Made by a program: the position numbers and the translations under genes | Assembly: GCA_964553825.1 (NCBI GenBank) | Contig: CAZKLT010000002.1 | Coordinates: forward strand, 66,068-130,067 | Direction: 5' to 3' | From: an uncultured Gammaproteobacteria bacterium | Lineage (GTDB): Bacteria; Patescibacteriota; Microgenomatia; UBA10105; UBA927 | Length of the DNA: 64,000 nucleotides | In this document: one piece after another, positions 38,932-48,601 of the stretch | How positions within the stretch are numbered: position 1 is the first letter of the stretch | Layout: each line of letters opens with the position of its first letter | The notes under the pieces: generated by a model | What the model was told of the DNA's origin: nothing | The model's database searches: none | The model's input: the letters and a program-made list of their open reading frames with translations, nothing else

Positions 38932-40917
38932 TTATATAAACAAATACAGGAAATCACCAGGCGGGGCAACTTCTGCTGATTCTTCCTGACACTGTTTTTT
39001 GGGAGAAGCAAACTTCTGACAGAACTCGAGCACTTCATGCGCCTTCTGAGAATCACCACCAACATGATAGTAATATCGCGCCAGATCAATATGGATAAAG
39101 CCAAGATCAGGATATATGTCGCGGGCAAACAGTAAAAGTGACTCTGCAAGTTTGCTATCAGAAGGCATCGCCTCCAAGGCGAGCACATACGCTGCGCCCG
39201 CATACCCCTCTCTCCATTGCGGCTTGGCACGACCATATACTTGCTGCAGAGCGGTTCCAATCCGGATTGATATGTTTTCCAAGGAAAAAAGATCGCTCCG
39301 TCCGTTGCGTGGCCACTGGCGCTCAAATAACCGAATAACCGCTTCTCCCGCCTCCTCAGAAGATAAAAACTTCGCTACATATCCGAGGTAAGAGGAGATA
39401 TACATTTGGTTGTGGGGGTCACCGTCCATGGTGCGGGCATACCACATCTTGGCCTCCGCTTCGTTCTTGTCGATGGAATAAGTTGCCATTGCATAGGCAA
39501 CTTCGGGATCCTTCCTGTGAAAAAAAGCAATTAGGCGCTCGGGCGCTCCCGCGCGATACCGTCTTGCTTCAGATTCTTGCCGGAGATAATCCAATGCACT
39601 CGTTACCATGTGGGGCTGCAAGATATAGGCAGTCCGGTAGTCCTTCCAAACCACACCAAAAAGCGTAGCTATCACCGCAAAACAGTAATATACTCCCAAA
39701 ATTCCCGAAAACAAGCTCGGTGAAAAAAAATGCTCTCCGTGAGCATCACTACGCTCATATATCGCAACACGCCGATAGAGAACTCCCAGCGTTGCCCAAA
39801 AAAGAATCCATATAACAAGAAAGTCCAAAAGCATCTCAAAAAAACTGTATACAAGTACGAGTATCACAGCGTGAAAAAGCGCGGTGCGCGCCCGATCAGA
39901 CTCCTTTTTTGTTTTCCTGCCCCGCATAATGAGAAAAAGGGGGTACCCCACGGCCGCACTCACACTCAAAAGTCCTATTAAGCCGGTTTCCGACAAGGTC
40001 TGAAGGAAAAAACTATGCGCATACCAGGAGTTGGTAGAAGAGGCTTTTTGATATTTCCGGGATATAAGATAATACGTGCCCGGTCCAAAACCGGTAATTG
40101 GCCGGTGGACAAATGCGCTTGCTGCCTGACTCCAGTACTGGATCCTGCTTTGAAGAGCAGCTCCTTTTGACGCCGATCCCGGCAAAATCGATGGCCGCGC
40201 CAAAACAACGAACAGCATACACACCGCAAGAAGCCCTCCGACAGCAACCAGTTTTTTCTTTTCAAGGTGTGACCTCAGTGAAAAAAGAAACCACGCACCA
40301 TACGCCAAAAAAACAACAATCGCACCTCTGGCCCTGGATAGCACAACGGCTGCGCCAAAGCTGAAAAAAGCCGCCCAAACAGCAGGACTCCGAGCGGAAA
40401 ATAATTCCCCTACGATAAAGGGCAGGACAAAAATAATGATATCAACGATATGATTGTGACCATAAACCGGAAATAATAGATTCATGCCCGGCAGAAACGC
40501 TCCGAGCCGAGAAAACGCAAGCACAATAAACGACGCTCCCACACACCCCGCCGCAAAAACAAGAAGTCCTCGTACAAAAGTTGCGGCTTGAACTTCTTTC
40601 TGGGAAAATGCAAAATATCCAAACGCCATGAAGGCGATACTGTAACGAACCAAACTCGTAACAGAATACCCCGGACTGTCAGAAATAAATACGCTAATAA
40701 AAAAATAGACGAAAAGCGTCCCCCACACAATTCGGAATGCCCTTGTGGGTTTAAGAAATGAGACCCCTGAAATGAGCGCAATAAGATAAAGTGCAAGAAT
40801 AAATGCGACACCAGCGACGTCTATTGTCCCTTGTTTATCGTCACCGAGAAATACCAAAAAGAATAACCCAACGAAAAATACAAGGACTTTCAAAAAAAAT
40901 AGGCGGAAGAAATTCAT
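38932..40917 (-). CDS. O-antigen ligase family protein with C-terminal helical/TPR-like region
   Basis: SRARGA, RIQYW, PITGFGPGTY and AHSFFLQTLSETGLIG, followed by a soluble helical tail. Confidence 0.82.
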   Translation of the reverse strand: MNFFRLFFLKVLVFFVGLFFLVFLGDDKQGTIDVAGVAFILALYLIALISGVSFLKPTRAFRIVWGTLFVYFFISVFISDSPGYSVTSLVRYSIAFMAFGYFAFSQKEVQAATFVRGLLVFAAGCVGASFIVLAFSRLGAFLPGMNLLFPVYGHNHIVDIIIFVLPFIVGELFSARSPAVWAAFFSFGAAVVLSRARGAIVVFLAYGAWFLFSLRSHLEKKKLVAVGGLLAVCMLFVVLARPSILPGSASKGAALQSRIQYWSQAASAFVHRPITGFGPGTYYLISRKYQKASSTNSWYAHSFFLQTLSETGLIGLLSVSAAVGYPLFLIMRGRKTKKESDRARTALFHAVILVLVYSFFEMLLDFLVIWILFWATLGVLYRRVAIYERSDAHGEHFFSPSLFSGILGVYYCFAVIATLFGVVWKDYRTAYILQPHMVTSALDYLRQESEARRYRAGAPERLIAFFHRKDPEVAYAMATYSIDKNEAEAKMWYARTMDGDPHNQMYISSYLGYVAKFLSSEEAGEAVIRLFERQWPRNGRSDLFSLENISIRIGTALQQVYGRAKPQWREGYAGAAYVLALEAMPSDSKLAESLLLFARDIYPDLGFIHIDLARYYYHVGGDSQKAHEVLEFCQKFASPKKQCQEESAEVAPPGDFLYLFI

Positions 40918-40924
40918 ACCAAGT

Positions 40925-41899
40925 TTACAAAAACAGATCACTCCATCGCACCATTGCCAATCTTAACCTGTCGAAGTAGTCGGTTTTAGGAAAATTGATA
41001 CGCTCTGCCATCTCCCGGTAACAGGCGGCGGGGGTTTTTTGCGTGAGCTCTACTGCTGCAATCCGCTCCCAGAGGACCTCGTTGACGGCAAGGCCGCTTT
41101 TTTCCTTAATTAAATTCTTCTGAGGGTCCGACGCTTTTCGGTGCTCTACAAATGGGGATCCGTTGGCTACGGCCCACCCGAGATGATCAAGAACTTTTTT
41201 TGTAAATATTCCCGCCCAAATATCATCAAACCGGTCAAATCCCCAGGCGTTTCCCAGCGGGTCATATCCCATGAGCGGAAAATACATAAGCGGCGTGACC
41301 TCACGGGTGAAAGCGAGATTCATGGAACTCATGGGAAAATACTCACCCCTGGGAACAAAACTCCGCAATAGGGGATATGCAGGAATGTTGACATCGCCGA
41401 TGGTGAGCTGCGTCTGCGCGTCCATGTCCATCTTGTTTGACCAAAGCCCGTGGTTCACGACAACCCGGCGCTTCCCACGAATTGCATACGGGAAACCCCG
41501 CGTGTAGAGATACGCAGGGTGGGGAAACGTAGGGAACCAGCCTTCAGGAGCAGAGGCGGCCAGAGCATCAAGATGTTTCTCAACAAACTGCTCTTCGGCC
41601 GGAAAACAGTCATCGTCGAGCGTGAGTATCACGTCAGCGCCAAGGGTATACGCTTTCCAAAACCCAAACGACCGGATTCCTGCGTTCTGACGGGAAAAAA
41701 TCCACTCATCCACTCCAAACTCCGAAGCGATATCTCTCCAATCAACATGATGAATGGAGGCAAACTGCCCGGACGGAGACTTCACCGTTTTTGCCGGACG
41801 ATCCTCAACAATAAGGAGGTGGCAATCGCGAAATTGTCCCTGCCACTCTGCAAGAAAATCAAGATTACGAATTGTGGGAATAACAAGAAATACTTTCAT
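40925..41899 (-). CDS. Reversibly glycosylated polypeptide / UDP-arabinopyranose mutase (GT75) homologue
   Basis: VIPTIRNLDFL, TLDDDC, RGFPY, HGLW, DAQTQL, FPMSSMNLAF and RFDDIWAG, matching the motif order of plant RGP/UAM as I recall it. Confidence 0.85.
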   Translation of the reverse strand: MKVFLVIPTIRNLDFLAEWQGQFRDCHLLIVEDRPAKTVKSPSGQFASIHHVDWRDIASEFGVDEWIFSRQNAGIRSFGFWKAYTLGADVILTLDDDCFPAEEQFVEKHLDALAASAPEGWFPTFPHPAYLYTRGFPYAIRGKRRVVVNHGLWSNKMDMDAQTQLTIGDVNIPAYPLLRSFVPRGEYFPMSSMNLAFTREVTPLMYFPLMGYDPLGNAWGFDRFDDIWAGIFTKKVLDHLGWAVANGSPFVEHRKASDPQKNLIKEKSGLAVNEVLWERIAAVELTQKTPAACYREMAERINFPKTDYFDRLRLAMVRWSDLFL

Positions 41900-41961
41900 C
41901 TTGTGCCGAAAAGAAATCTTTCTAAGGGTATCACACGCGCCCACGCATAGGGAAGTGCGCC

Positions 41962-44841
41962 TCATTCATCAAACACTATTTTAACGGCAATATCCAAAAG
42001 AAATGGCGGCGTTACGACATCGAGCCTTCCTGCGGGAACATGGGCCTCACCCAACAACACGCCTGTCGCCGCATCGTGCCAGCTTAGCGTACCGCTTTTT
42101 GGCGACTGGAAAGACACGACTGTGCTCTTTTTTTCGCTTCGATCAGTGACGTAAAGGAAATATCCCCACAGCCCTGCTGTATCAACAAGTCCGTGCCCAC
42201 GGACAGAAGTATCTGATTCAAACACGACCTGCTTGGCGTTAATCCCGATATCTTTTACAAACGTATTTACCGTTCGCATTGTCGCGCGCTCCTCTCGTCC
42301 TATATATTGATTTCCGTTCATGTCTGATCGGGCAGGTGTATAATTTTTGATGCCTGACGTGCTCCAAAATATAGCGCCAACCCCATGCATGACCGCGGTC
42401 CACGCGCGCACCCGCATGCGGGCGGCTGATAGCACGTCCCAGTTTGCTGTTTTGTTCCCCAGCTCACCAAATATCACAGGCTTCCCGCTCACGGAGGCTT
42501 CCCGCGCGTTCATTCTCGTGAGAAGCGCAAGATCAGAGGAGCCGGGATTCTCGTTGGCATACCAATGAGGTGAAACGATATCTATCACAGAAAGATCTGG
42601 CCGCTCCCAGCTTATGCTCACCGGGCGCTTTTCCTGATCTATCGTTTTCAGATATCCGACAAGCTCTTCTATAACCATGTCGCGTGTGTCCGCCTCGTTG
42701 GTTAACTCCCAAATACTAACAAATGCGCCGTACCGGGCGAGAACATATCGGATGTATTGTTTTGCCAAGAATGAAGGCAGGGGAGATGCGCTCCACATTG
42801 TCTCACCCGGCACTCCTGGCTCAAATAGCGTCATCCACACGCGAAGGTCATGTGTCGCAGCAGACCGCACCAATCGGTCTGCTGCCTTGCCCTCAAACAG
42901 AAGCGTGCGGTTCTGCCCTGGAATCAAATCTTCAGAAAGACCAAAAGAAGCATTATTCGGTCCCCATCGAAATATCGTAAACATCCTTCCACCTTCTGAG
43001 TGCAACCGCATAAAATCGTCTACCGCGTGATTCTGGTCACGCCCGCCCGCAGACCCGGTCGCCTCTCCGATCGTAAAATCATCCAACGGATTTCCATTTG
43101 CATTGAAGTCCATCTGTGTGGTTTCGATGCCGAGCGCGGGAAACATGCGCATACCGTCCTCTGAAAGTCTCCCAATACCGCCGGATTGGTACACTGTTTT
43201 CAGGCGCGCTATATCAGAGGAGGAACGACTCACCAGGAATCCCTTTTGACTCAGGCTGTCCCCGTCGGGAAAATTGAACCGTATCTCATACTCCCATCTT
43301 CCCTCCGAAGGTGGGTTAAAAACAATTTTCCAGACATCCTTATCGTAATAGTATCCATACATGGAAACGGTCTTTCCGTTTCCACTGAAAACTGCCTCTG
43401 TCTGAATGTCGTTCCATGGCGCAAGGAACTGATCTTCAGGATACGTAATAGTAAATTCGCTTATAGTATTTTTGCCAACTTCGTGTTCTTCCCTTGTGAT
43501 TGAAAAGTCATGGCTCCCTCGTTTTTGCGGAATTTTCCCATCAAGAACCAAAAGCGTATACATGTCGCCATTTGCGTTTCCAAACCGAAGATGTCGTGAG
43601 CCAACAACCGCAGGCGAAACTATTGGCCCACTTGAACGAAATTTCCATGCGACAACGCCACGTGCATCGTCTATTGCGAGCATCACCCCTTCGTGGTCGC
43701 CTACATAAAGCGTGCGGACGCAAAAACTGCCCAATATATTCATCGGAATAATTGCCACTAGGGGATTGCGACAACCCACAGCGGGCGCAGAACCAAGTCG
43801 GACAGACTGGACATGCTCCCACGCAATGCGTCCCGTAGCAATTTCTATCTTTGTGAGCCGGTGATCTCTTCCGGCTGTGACAAGCCACAGGGAGCCATCA
43901 TGCGTCACGGGCGGCGTCACGATACTACCGGCAAGCGAAAGCGTATACGCTTCTTGGCCCGTGTGAACGTCTCTTGCTGTCACGGTCCCGTCTGCCTGGC
44001 TCACTATAACCAAAGGGGTACGGAAAAATCCTCCTTTTTTCAACCCAAAGGTCACGTATGTTTGACTTGACGCGTTTGGTGCTTCCCACAGGGGTGTTCC
44101 GTCTTCAGAAAGTCTCACAAGCAGCCCCCTGGCTCCCGAGGCAACGAGTGTATGCTCATCGTATACAAGCGCATTCACACGCGATCCCAGTGGGCGTTCC
44201 CACAGTTTGCTCCCGTCTTTTTGAGAAAAGGCCATCACCACGCCGGCGTGCCCTCCCACAATAATTTTCGCAGGAATCATCACAATATTGCTAAACCATG
44301 CGCTCCCACCCGTGACACCCTGAGAACTCAACATATCAGGCGTTGCCGTGCTCCACACCCTTTCTCCGTTCTGAGCATTAAACGCATGCAGCGTGCCTCC
44401 GCTGTCTCCGATAAAGAATCTATCGTCAACAAGAAGCGGGTTGGTGAAAAAAACATATCCGTTGTCCAGCGTGTAACGCCATATTTCCTTTCCATTCTCA
44501 GCACGACGGGCAAACACCGTGTCGCCGGAGGCCCCATAAACCCGCCCGTGATGAAAAATCTCACGGTCTTGTGGTTGTGCCCAGAACCGAATGAAGGTTG
44601 GGGAAGAAACAAACGGTATGCCCGTGTGAATTCGCCATTGACTGTCCCTGTGCGTGACCACGCCTGCCAAAATCATCGTCACAAGGAAAAGGGCGCCTCC
44701 CAGAAGGAAAAATTTCCCTTTATCGCTATTTATTTCCTCGATCACAAGCCTAGTATATGCGGGCGCCTCTGGGTGCGCTGTACGATATCCCATGTTCTCC
44801 AAAAGCAGGGAGTTGTCTTGACAGCGTTTCATTTTTCTCAT
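41962..44841 (-). CDS. Membrane-anchored PQQ-like beta-propeller + DUF5060-like + clan GH-A glycoside hydrolase fusion
   Basis: TM near residues 45-62; repeated A...G...W propeller motifs; FNPPSEGRWEY; WELTNE (acid/base) and PVIFGE (nucleophile). Start uncertain. Confidence 0.75.
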   Translation of the reverse strand: MRKMKRCQDNSLLLENMGYRTAHPEAPAYTRLVIEEINSDKGKFFLLGGALFLVTMILAGVVTHRDSQWRIHTGIPFVSSPTFIRFWAQPQDREIFHHGRVYGASGDTVFARRAENGKEIWRYTLDNGYVFFTNPLLVDDRFFIGDSGGTLHAFNAQNGERVWSTATPDMLSSQGVTGGSAWFSNIVMIPAKIIVGGHAGVVMAFSQKDGSKLWERPLGSRVNALVYDEHTLVASGARGLLVRLSEDGTPLWEAPNASSQTYVTFGLKKGGFFRTPLVIVSQADGTVTARDVHTGQEAYTLSLAGSIVTPPVTHDGSLWLVTAGRDHRLTKIEIATGRIAWEHVQSVRLGSAPAVGCRNPLVAIIPMNILGSFCVRTLYVGDHEGVMLAIDDARGVVAWKFRSSGPIVSPAVVGSRHLRFGNANGDMYTLLVLDGKIPQKRGSHDFSITREEHEVGKNTISEFTITYPEDQFLAPWNDIQTEAVFSGNGKTVSMYGYYYDKDVWKIVFNPPSEGRWEYEIRFNFPDGDSLSQKGFLVSRSSSDIARLKTVYQSGGIGRLSEDGMRMFPALGIETTQMDFNANGNPLDDFTIGEATGSAGGRDQNHAVDDFMRLHSEGGRMFTIFRWGPNNASFGLSEDLIPGQNRTLLFEGKAADRLVRSAATHDLRVWMTLFEPGVPGETMWSASPLPSFLAKQYIRYVLARYGAFVSIWELTNEADTRDMVIEELVGYLKTIDQEKRPVSISWERPDLSVIDIVSPHWYANENPGSSDLALLTRMNAREASVSGKPVIFGELGNKTANWDVLSAARMRVRAWTAVMHGVGAIFWSTSGIKNYTPARSDMNGNQYIGREERATMRTVNTFVKDIGINAKQVVFESDTSVRGHGLVDTAGLWGYFLYVTDRSEKKSTVVSFQSPKSGTLSWHDAATGVLLGEAHVPAGRLDVVTPPFLLDIAVKIVFDE

Positions 44842-44845
44842 ACTA

Positions 44846-44864
44846 TGTGGACAACTTATCCACC
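44846..44864. promoter_or_regulatory. Pair of oppositely oriented DnaA boxes upstream of dnaA
   Basis: TGTGGACAA (44846-44854) and TTATCCACC (44856-44864), each one mismatch from TTATCCACA. Confidence 0.7.
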
Positions 44865-44897
44865 ATACTCCCGCCCGACTCGCCCTGGTGTAATCCT

Positions 44898-46259
44898 ATG
44901 GACACGGAAAAACTTTGGAAGTCTGTTTTGGCCGAAATAGAGCTCTCTGTTTCGAAGGCAACGTTTCAAACGCACTTTGCCAACGCCCGACTCATATCCC
45001 TTGTTGATGGGGTGGCAACGATTGCGTTTACCAGTCCTCTTATGCGAACGCTTGTTGAAACGCGGTACTATTCACTGGTTAAAAGCATCCTGGATCATCA
45101 CGCTGGCGGCAACACCAGCCTCGTTTTTTCGGTGGTGCCCAAAAAGGAAACACTCAAAGAAAGCGAGGTGGGACCCTTGTTTACTGAGTCCACGCCCGAG
45201 CCGACAATAAGCACGGCAGCCATTGCCCGCAGGCTCCACATCCGCCCCGATGCATCATTTGATAATTTCGCCGTTTCTACCACCAATCAAATGGCATACG
45301 CGGCGGCCACAGCAGTGGCCAAGTCTCCCGGCGTTGCATATAACCCTCTTTTTATTTACGGCGGCGTGGGAGTCGGAAAAACACACCTCATGCACGCCGT
45401 GGCCAATAGCATTCTTGCCAGAAAGCCCGGAGCCAGAGTTGTGTACTGTATGGGGGAAGAGTTTCTTAACGAGATCGTAGAGGCAATCCAAACAAAAACT
45501 GCAAGACAGTTTAAGCAAAAATATCGCACCGCAGAATTGCTTTTGGTCGATGACGTGCAGTTTATTGCGGGCAAACAGACCGCGCAGGAAGAATTTTTTC
45601 ACACATTTAACGCTGTGCACCGAGAGGGTGGACAGATCATTCTTATCTCCGACCGATCGCCTTCAGAAATATCAAAACTGGAAGACCGGCTCCGCAGCCG
45701 GTTTGAGGGCGGACTCACGGTTGATGTCGCAGCGCCCGACTTCGAACTTCGCGTTGCCATTATAAACATCAAGTCCGAAGTTTTAGGAATAACCGTTCCC
45801 TCTGATGCGGCTCAACTCATTGCCGCCAACCTTTCAGACACACGCGCCATTGAAGGCTTCCTGCGACGACTCGCCACAGAGGTGGCCACACGGAAAACTC
45901 CGATAACACCCGAGCTTGTTTCTTCGCTGTTGAGCCTGAAACCCGCAGGAGAATCGGTTAAAACCACCAGACGAATTCCTGCAACAGAAGTGCTCGACGC
46001 GGTCGCGCTCTATTTTGGCGTGAAAACAACGGCAATAAAGGGTCCGAAACGGGACCGTCCCCTTGCCCGCCCCAGACAGGTATTTATGTATCTCTGCCGA
46101 ACCGAGCTCGGACTGACGCTTGATGATATCGGCGGCGCCCTTGGCGGACGGGATCACACAACGGTTATGCATGGAGTAGAAACAATAACCCGCGAATTGT
46201 CCACAAACGAAAGATTAAGGGAGGCAGTGATGGGGATAAAACAGCGACTATGGGTATAG
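44898..46259 (+). CDS. dnaA: Chromosomal replication initiator DnaA
   Basis: YNPLFIYGGVGVGKTHL, LLVDDVQF, QEEFFHTFN, RLRSRF and GGRDHTTV motifs; start set at MDTEKLW. Confidence 0.98.
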   Translation: MDTEKLWKSVLAEIELSVSKATFQTHFANARLISLVDGVATIAFTSPLMRTLVETRYYSLVKSILDHHAGGNTSLVFSVVPKKETLKESEVGPLFTESTPEPTISTAAIARRLHIRPDASFDNFAVSTTNQMAYAAATAVAKSPGVAYNPLFIYGGVGVGKTHLMHAVANSILARKPGARVVYCMGEEFLNEIVEAIQTKTARQFKQKYRTAELLLVDDVQFIAGKQTAQEEFFHTFNAVHREGGQIILISDRSPSEISKLEDRLRSRFEGGLTVDVAAPDFELRVAIINIKSEVLGITVPSDAAQLIAANLSDTRAIEGFLRRLATEVATRKTPITPELVSSLLSLKPAGESVKTTRRIPATEVLDAVALYFGVKTTAIKGPKRDRPLARPRQVFMYLCRTELGLTLDDIGGALGGRDHTTVMHGVETITRELSTNERLREAVMGIKQRLWV

Positions 46260-46459
46260 GCATGCTTACTTTTCCACTTTTCCACAAAAAGGTGTTCTTT
46301 ATCCACAACGTTATCCCCACGATCTTCACCCTGTTTTCTTCAAAAAATATCGCTAAATCGTCGCGCCCGAACAGCCCGTTGACACCCTCTCCGATTTGCC
46401 ATACACTTTTCCACGCCGCTCTTCTATTATTACTACTAATATAGATATTAGATAGCACG
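46260..46459. other. Replication origin oriC (dnaA-dnaN intergenic)
   Basis: Boxes TTTTCCACA 46278, TTATCCACA 46299, TTATCCCCA 46311 and TTTTCCACG 46407, then a GC-rich spacer, trio-like CTATTATTACTACTA and an AT-rich tail. Confidence 0.85.
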
Positions 46460-47566
46460 ATGCTCATCTCAACACTTCAAGAAAACTTATTAAAAGCACT
46501 ATCCCGAACAGGGAGGATTGTGCCAATTAAACCACAGCTTCCTGTAACGGCAAACGTGCTTCTTGTAACCGAGGCGGGGAGACTGAGGATAACAGCGACG
46601 AACCTGGAAACAACAGAAACGATTTGGATCGGAGCAAAAGTGGAGAAAGAAGGAGGTATCTGTGTATCTTCCCGACTTTTCCTGGAGCTTGTATCTTCTC
46701 TTCCTCAATCTACCGTGGAGCTCGCCGTGAAAGACGGGAGTCTTACCGTGAAAACGAACGGCGTTAAAGCGAGCATCCCCGGAGTAGGAGCGGGGGAGTT
46801 TCCCCAGGTTTCACTCATAGACAAAAAATCAACGTCGTCGCTTGATAAAAAAGAGATTATCAGAGCGGTTGAGCAGGTGGTTTTTTCGGCAGCAACAGAC
46901 GAAGGAAGGCCGCTCTTGACCGGGGTCCGGATTTTGCAGAAAGACGACGAGACCCTTTTTGCCGCAACGGACGGATTTCGGCTATCGCTTAAACGGGCGA
47001 GTCTGACAACGAAAGACCCGCTTGATCTTCTGGTTCCCGCACGCGCCCTTTCAGAAGTGATAAAGGTTGCTCTTGAGGACAAAGAGACAACAGAGCTCCT
47101 TATGGGCAAGCCTGTAGATGGGCAATTAGCATTTCTTATTGGAGAAACCGAGATACACACGCGCCTTATAGAGGGAGACTACCCAAACTTCGAGAAGATT
47201 ATCCCGACAAAGTGGAACACGCGAGTGCTTATTGATAAAGACGCGCTTCTTCGGGCAACCAAGTCTGCCGCGATATTTGCCCGCGACAACGCAAATATTA
47301 TAAAGCTGCATATCGAAAACCAAACCGTTACGGTTTCAGCAAACACCCCGCAGGTCGGAGAAAACGAAGTAGATGTAGATGCCAAAGTGGACGGGGAAGG
47401 TGGCGACATGGCTATAAACAGCAGGTTTTTACTCGAATGCCTTTCGAACTTTCCGGGGGAAGAAGTGTTATTTGAGATGACAGGATCACTTAATCCCGGT
47501 GTTTTTAAATCGGCAAAAGACGCGTCATATCTTCATATTATCATGCCCGTGCGCGTGCAGGGTTAA
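46460..47566 (+). CDS. dnaN: DNA polymerase III beta sliding clamp
   Basis: ATNLE, RPLLTG, ATDGFRL, RLIEGDYP and IMPVR motifs. Confidence 0.97.
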   Translation: MLISTLQENLLKALSRTGRIVPIKPQLPVTANVLLVTEAGRLRITATNLETTETIWIGAKVEKEGGICVSSRLFLELVSSLPQSTVELAVKDGSLTVKTNGVKASIPGVGAGEFPQVSLIDKKSTSSLDKKEIIRAVEQVVFSAATDEGRPLLTGVRILQKDDETLFAATDGFRLSLKRASLTTKDPLDLLVPARALSEVIKVALEDKETTELLMGKPVDGQLAFLIGETEIHTRLIEGDYPNFEKIIPTKWNTRVLIDKDALLRATKSAAIFARDNANIIKLHIENQTVTVSANTPQVGENEVDVDAKVDGEGGDMAINSRFLLECLSNFPGEEVLFEMTGSLNPGVFKSAKDASYLHIIMPVRVQG

Positions 47567-48582
47567 AGCTGTTCATATGTTGCGGGCACAAGATAGCTCA
47601 CAATGGCGCCCCGCGAGGCGGGCGAACCCCCGGTAACAGACCCCTCAAAGAGATAAATTGGGAGCATTCTCGATGTAACCTCGTTGTACATGTAGAGAAG
47701 CTTCACATGGGAAATCACAACCGATGAGAAGCTTGCTTCAGTTATCGATGTTTCGTTTGGTTGTTTGGATCGGATAGACACAAGAACGCCCTTGTTATTG
47801 CTCAGGTGCGATGCTGCCTGAGCGAGCGGAATGGTGTCTTTTTCCGATGAGGAGGTGATAAGCGGAGGAATGGGCACCATAACCGAACGTAGCGTGCCTG
47901 CCGCATGGACCTGCGCCGTGGCTTCTATTGGAAGGCCGGAGCGCGTAACAAGTGACGCGTTGTTTATCTGATATTCAAGCGATGCTATCGCCATAGACGC
48001 CCCCGATGCTCCCTGTGTTGGCGTATAATGCTGACCGTTTGTTGTGACGAATTGAACTTTTGTTGGAGACAGGTTGATCGCGCCGCCCGTAATGCCTGCG
48101 CGAGAGACGAATGAAGATAGCGCCGATGCGGCTTCTTGTTCCGTGGGAGGACCGACGGGATCACCTGAAGCGGTGAATGTGATTTGGGCGGGCTGGGAAT
48201 ATATTTTTAACGTTCCCGATTGATTTATCCACCAGCGCATGGTTGGAGTGTCTGCGGGTGATGTTCCGGCTCCCGAGAATCCCAATCCTTGGGCAATCTG
48301 AGCTCGCGACTGTTCTACCGCCTGTGGCCTGGTGGCATAGAGCGGGAGGGTTGTGGGGATGGATATGGGGGCAAACGTGAGAACGAAGCGGATAGTTGGT
48401 TGAGCGTTTTGAATAGAAGAGGGCGGAAGCGTCGGTATCTCACGAGGAGCAGTGCCTGTTTCTGGCGTGGGGGCAGGGGGGCGTGTGACAGGAGGATTTG
48501 TCCGCGCGGAAAGCCAAAGCAAAACCGAAATGACGGCAAAAAGTGTCCCGATAATAATAAATCGTTTCATTGATGTGGTCAT
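47563..48582 (-). CDS. Hypothetical membrane-anchored exported protein
   Basis: MKRF followed by a hydrophobic helix and a Pro-rich linker; start set at ATG 48582. Confidence 0.65.
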   Translation of the reverse strand: MTTSMKRFIIIGTLFAVISVLLWLSARTNPPVTRPPAPTPETGTAPREIPTLPPSSIQNAQPTIRFVLTFAPISIPTTLPLYATRPQAVEQSRAQIAQGLGFSGAGTSPADTPTMRWWINQSGTLKIYSQPAQITFTASGDPVGPPTEQEAASALSSFVSRAGITGGAINLSPTKVQFVTTNGQHYTPTQGASGASMAIASLEYQINNASLVTRSGLPIEATAQVHAAGTLRSVMVPIPPLITSSSEKDTIPLAQAASHLSNNKGVLVSIRSKQPNETSITEASFSSVVISHVKLLYMYNEVTSRMLPIYLFEGSVTGGSPASRGAIVSYLVPATYEQL

Positions 48583-48601
48583 ATGGTTAAGTATACGGCG
48601 T

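Noticed and set aside
7950-40900. Other A8/T8 tracts (for example near 7950, 13832, 39723, 40892) as phase-variable sites
   Set aside because: They lie in intact reading frames. They also show such runs are common here, which tempers the 25618 claim.
44152-44940. 262-aa + strand ORF and the 44757 extension of dnaA
   Set aside because: They overlap the propeller-hydrolase gene and the DnaA boxes; DnaA-like sequence begins at MDTEKLW (44898).
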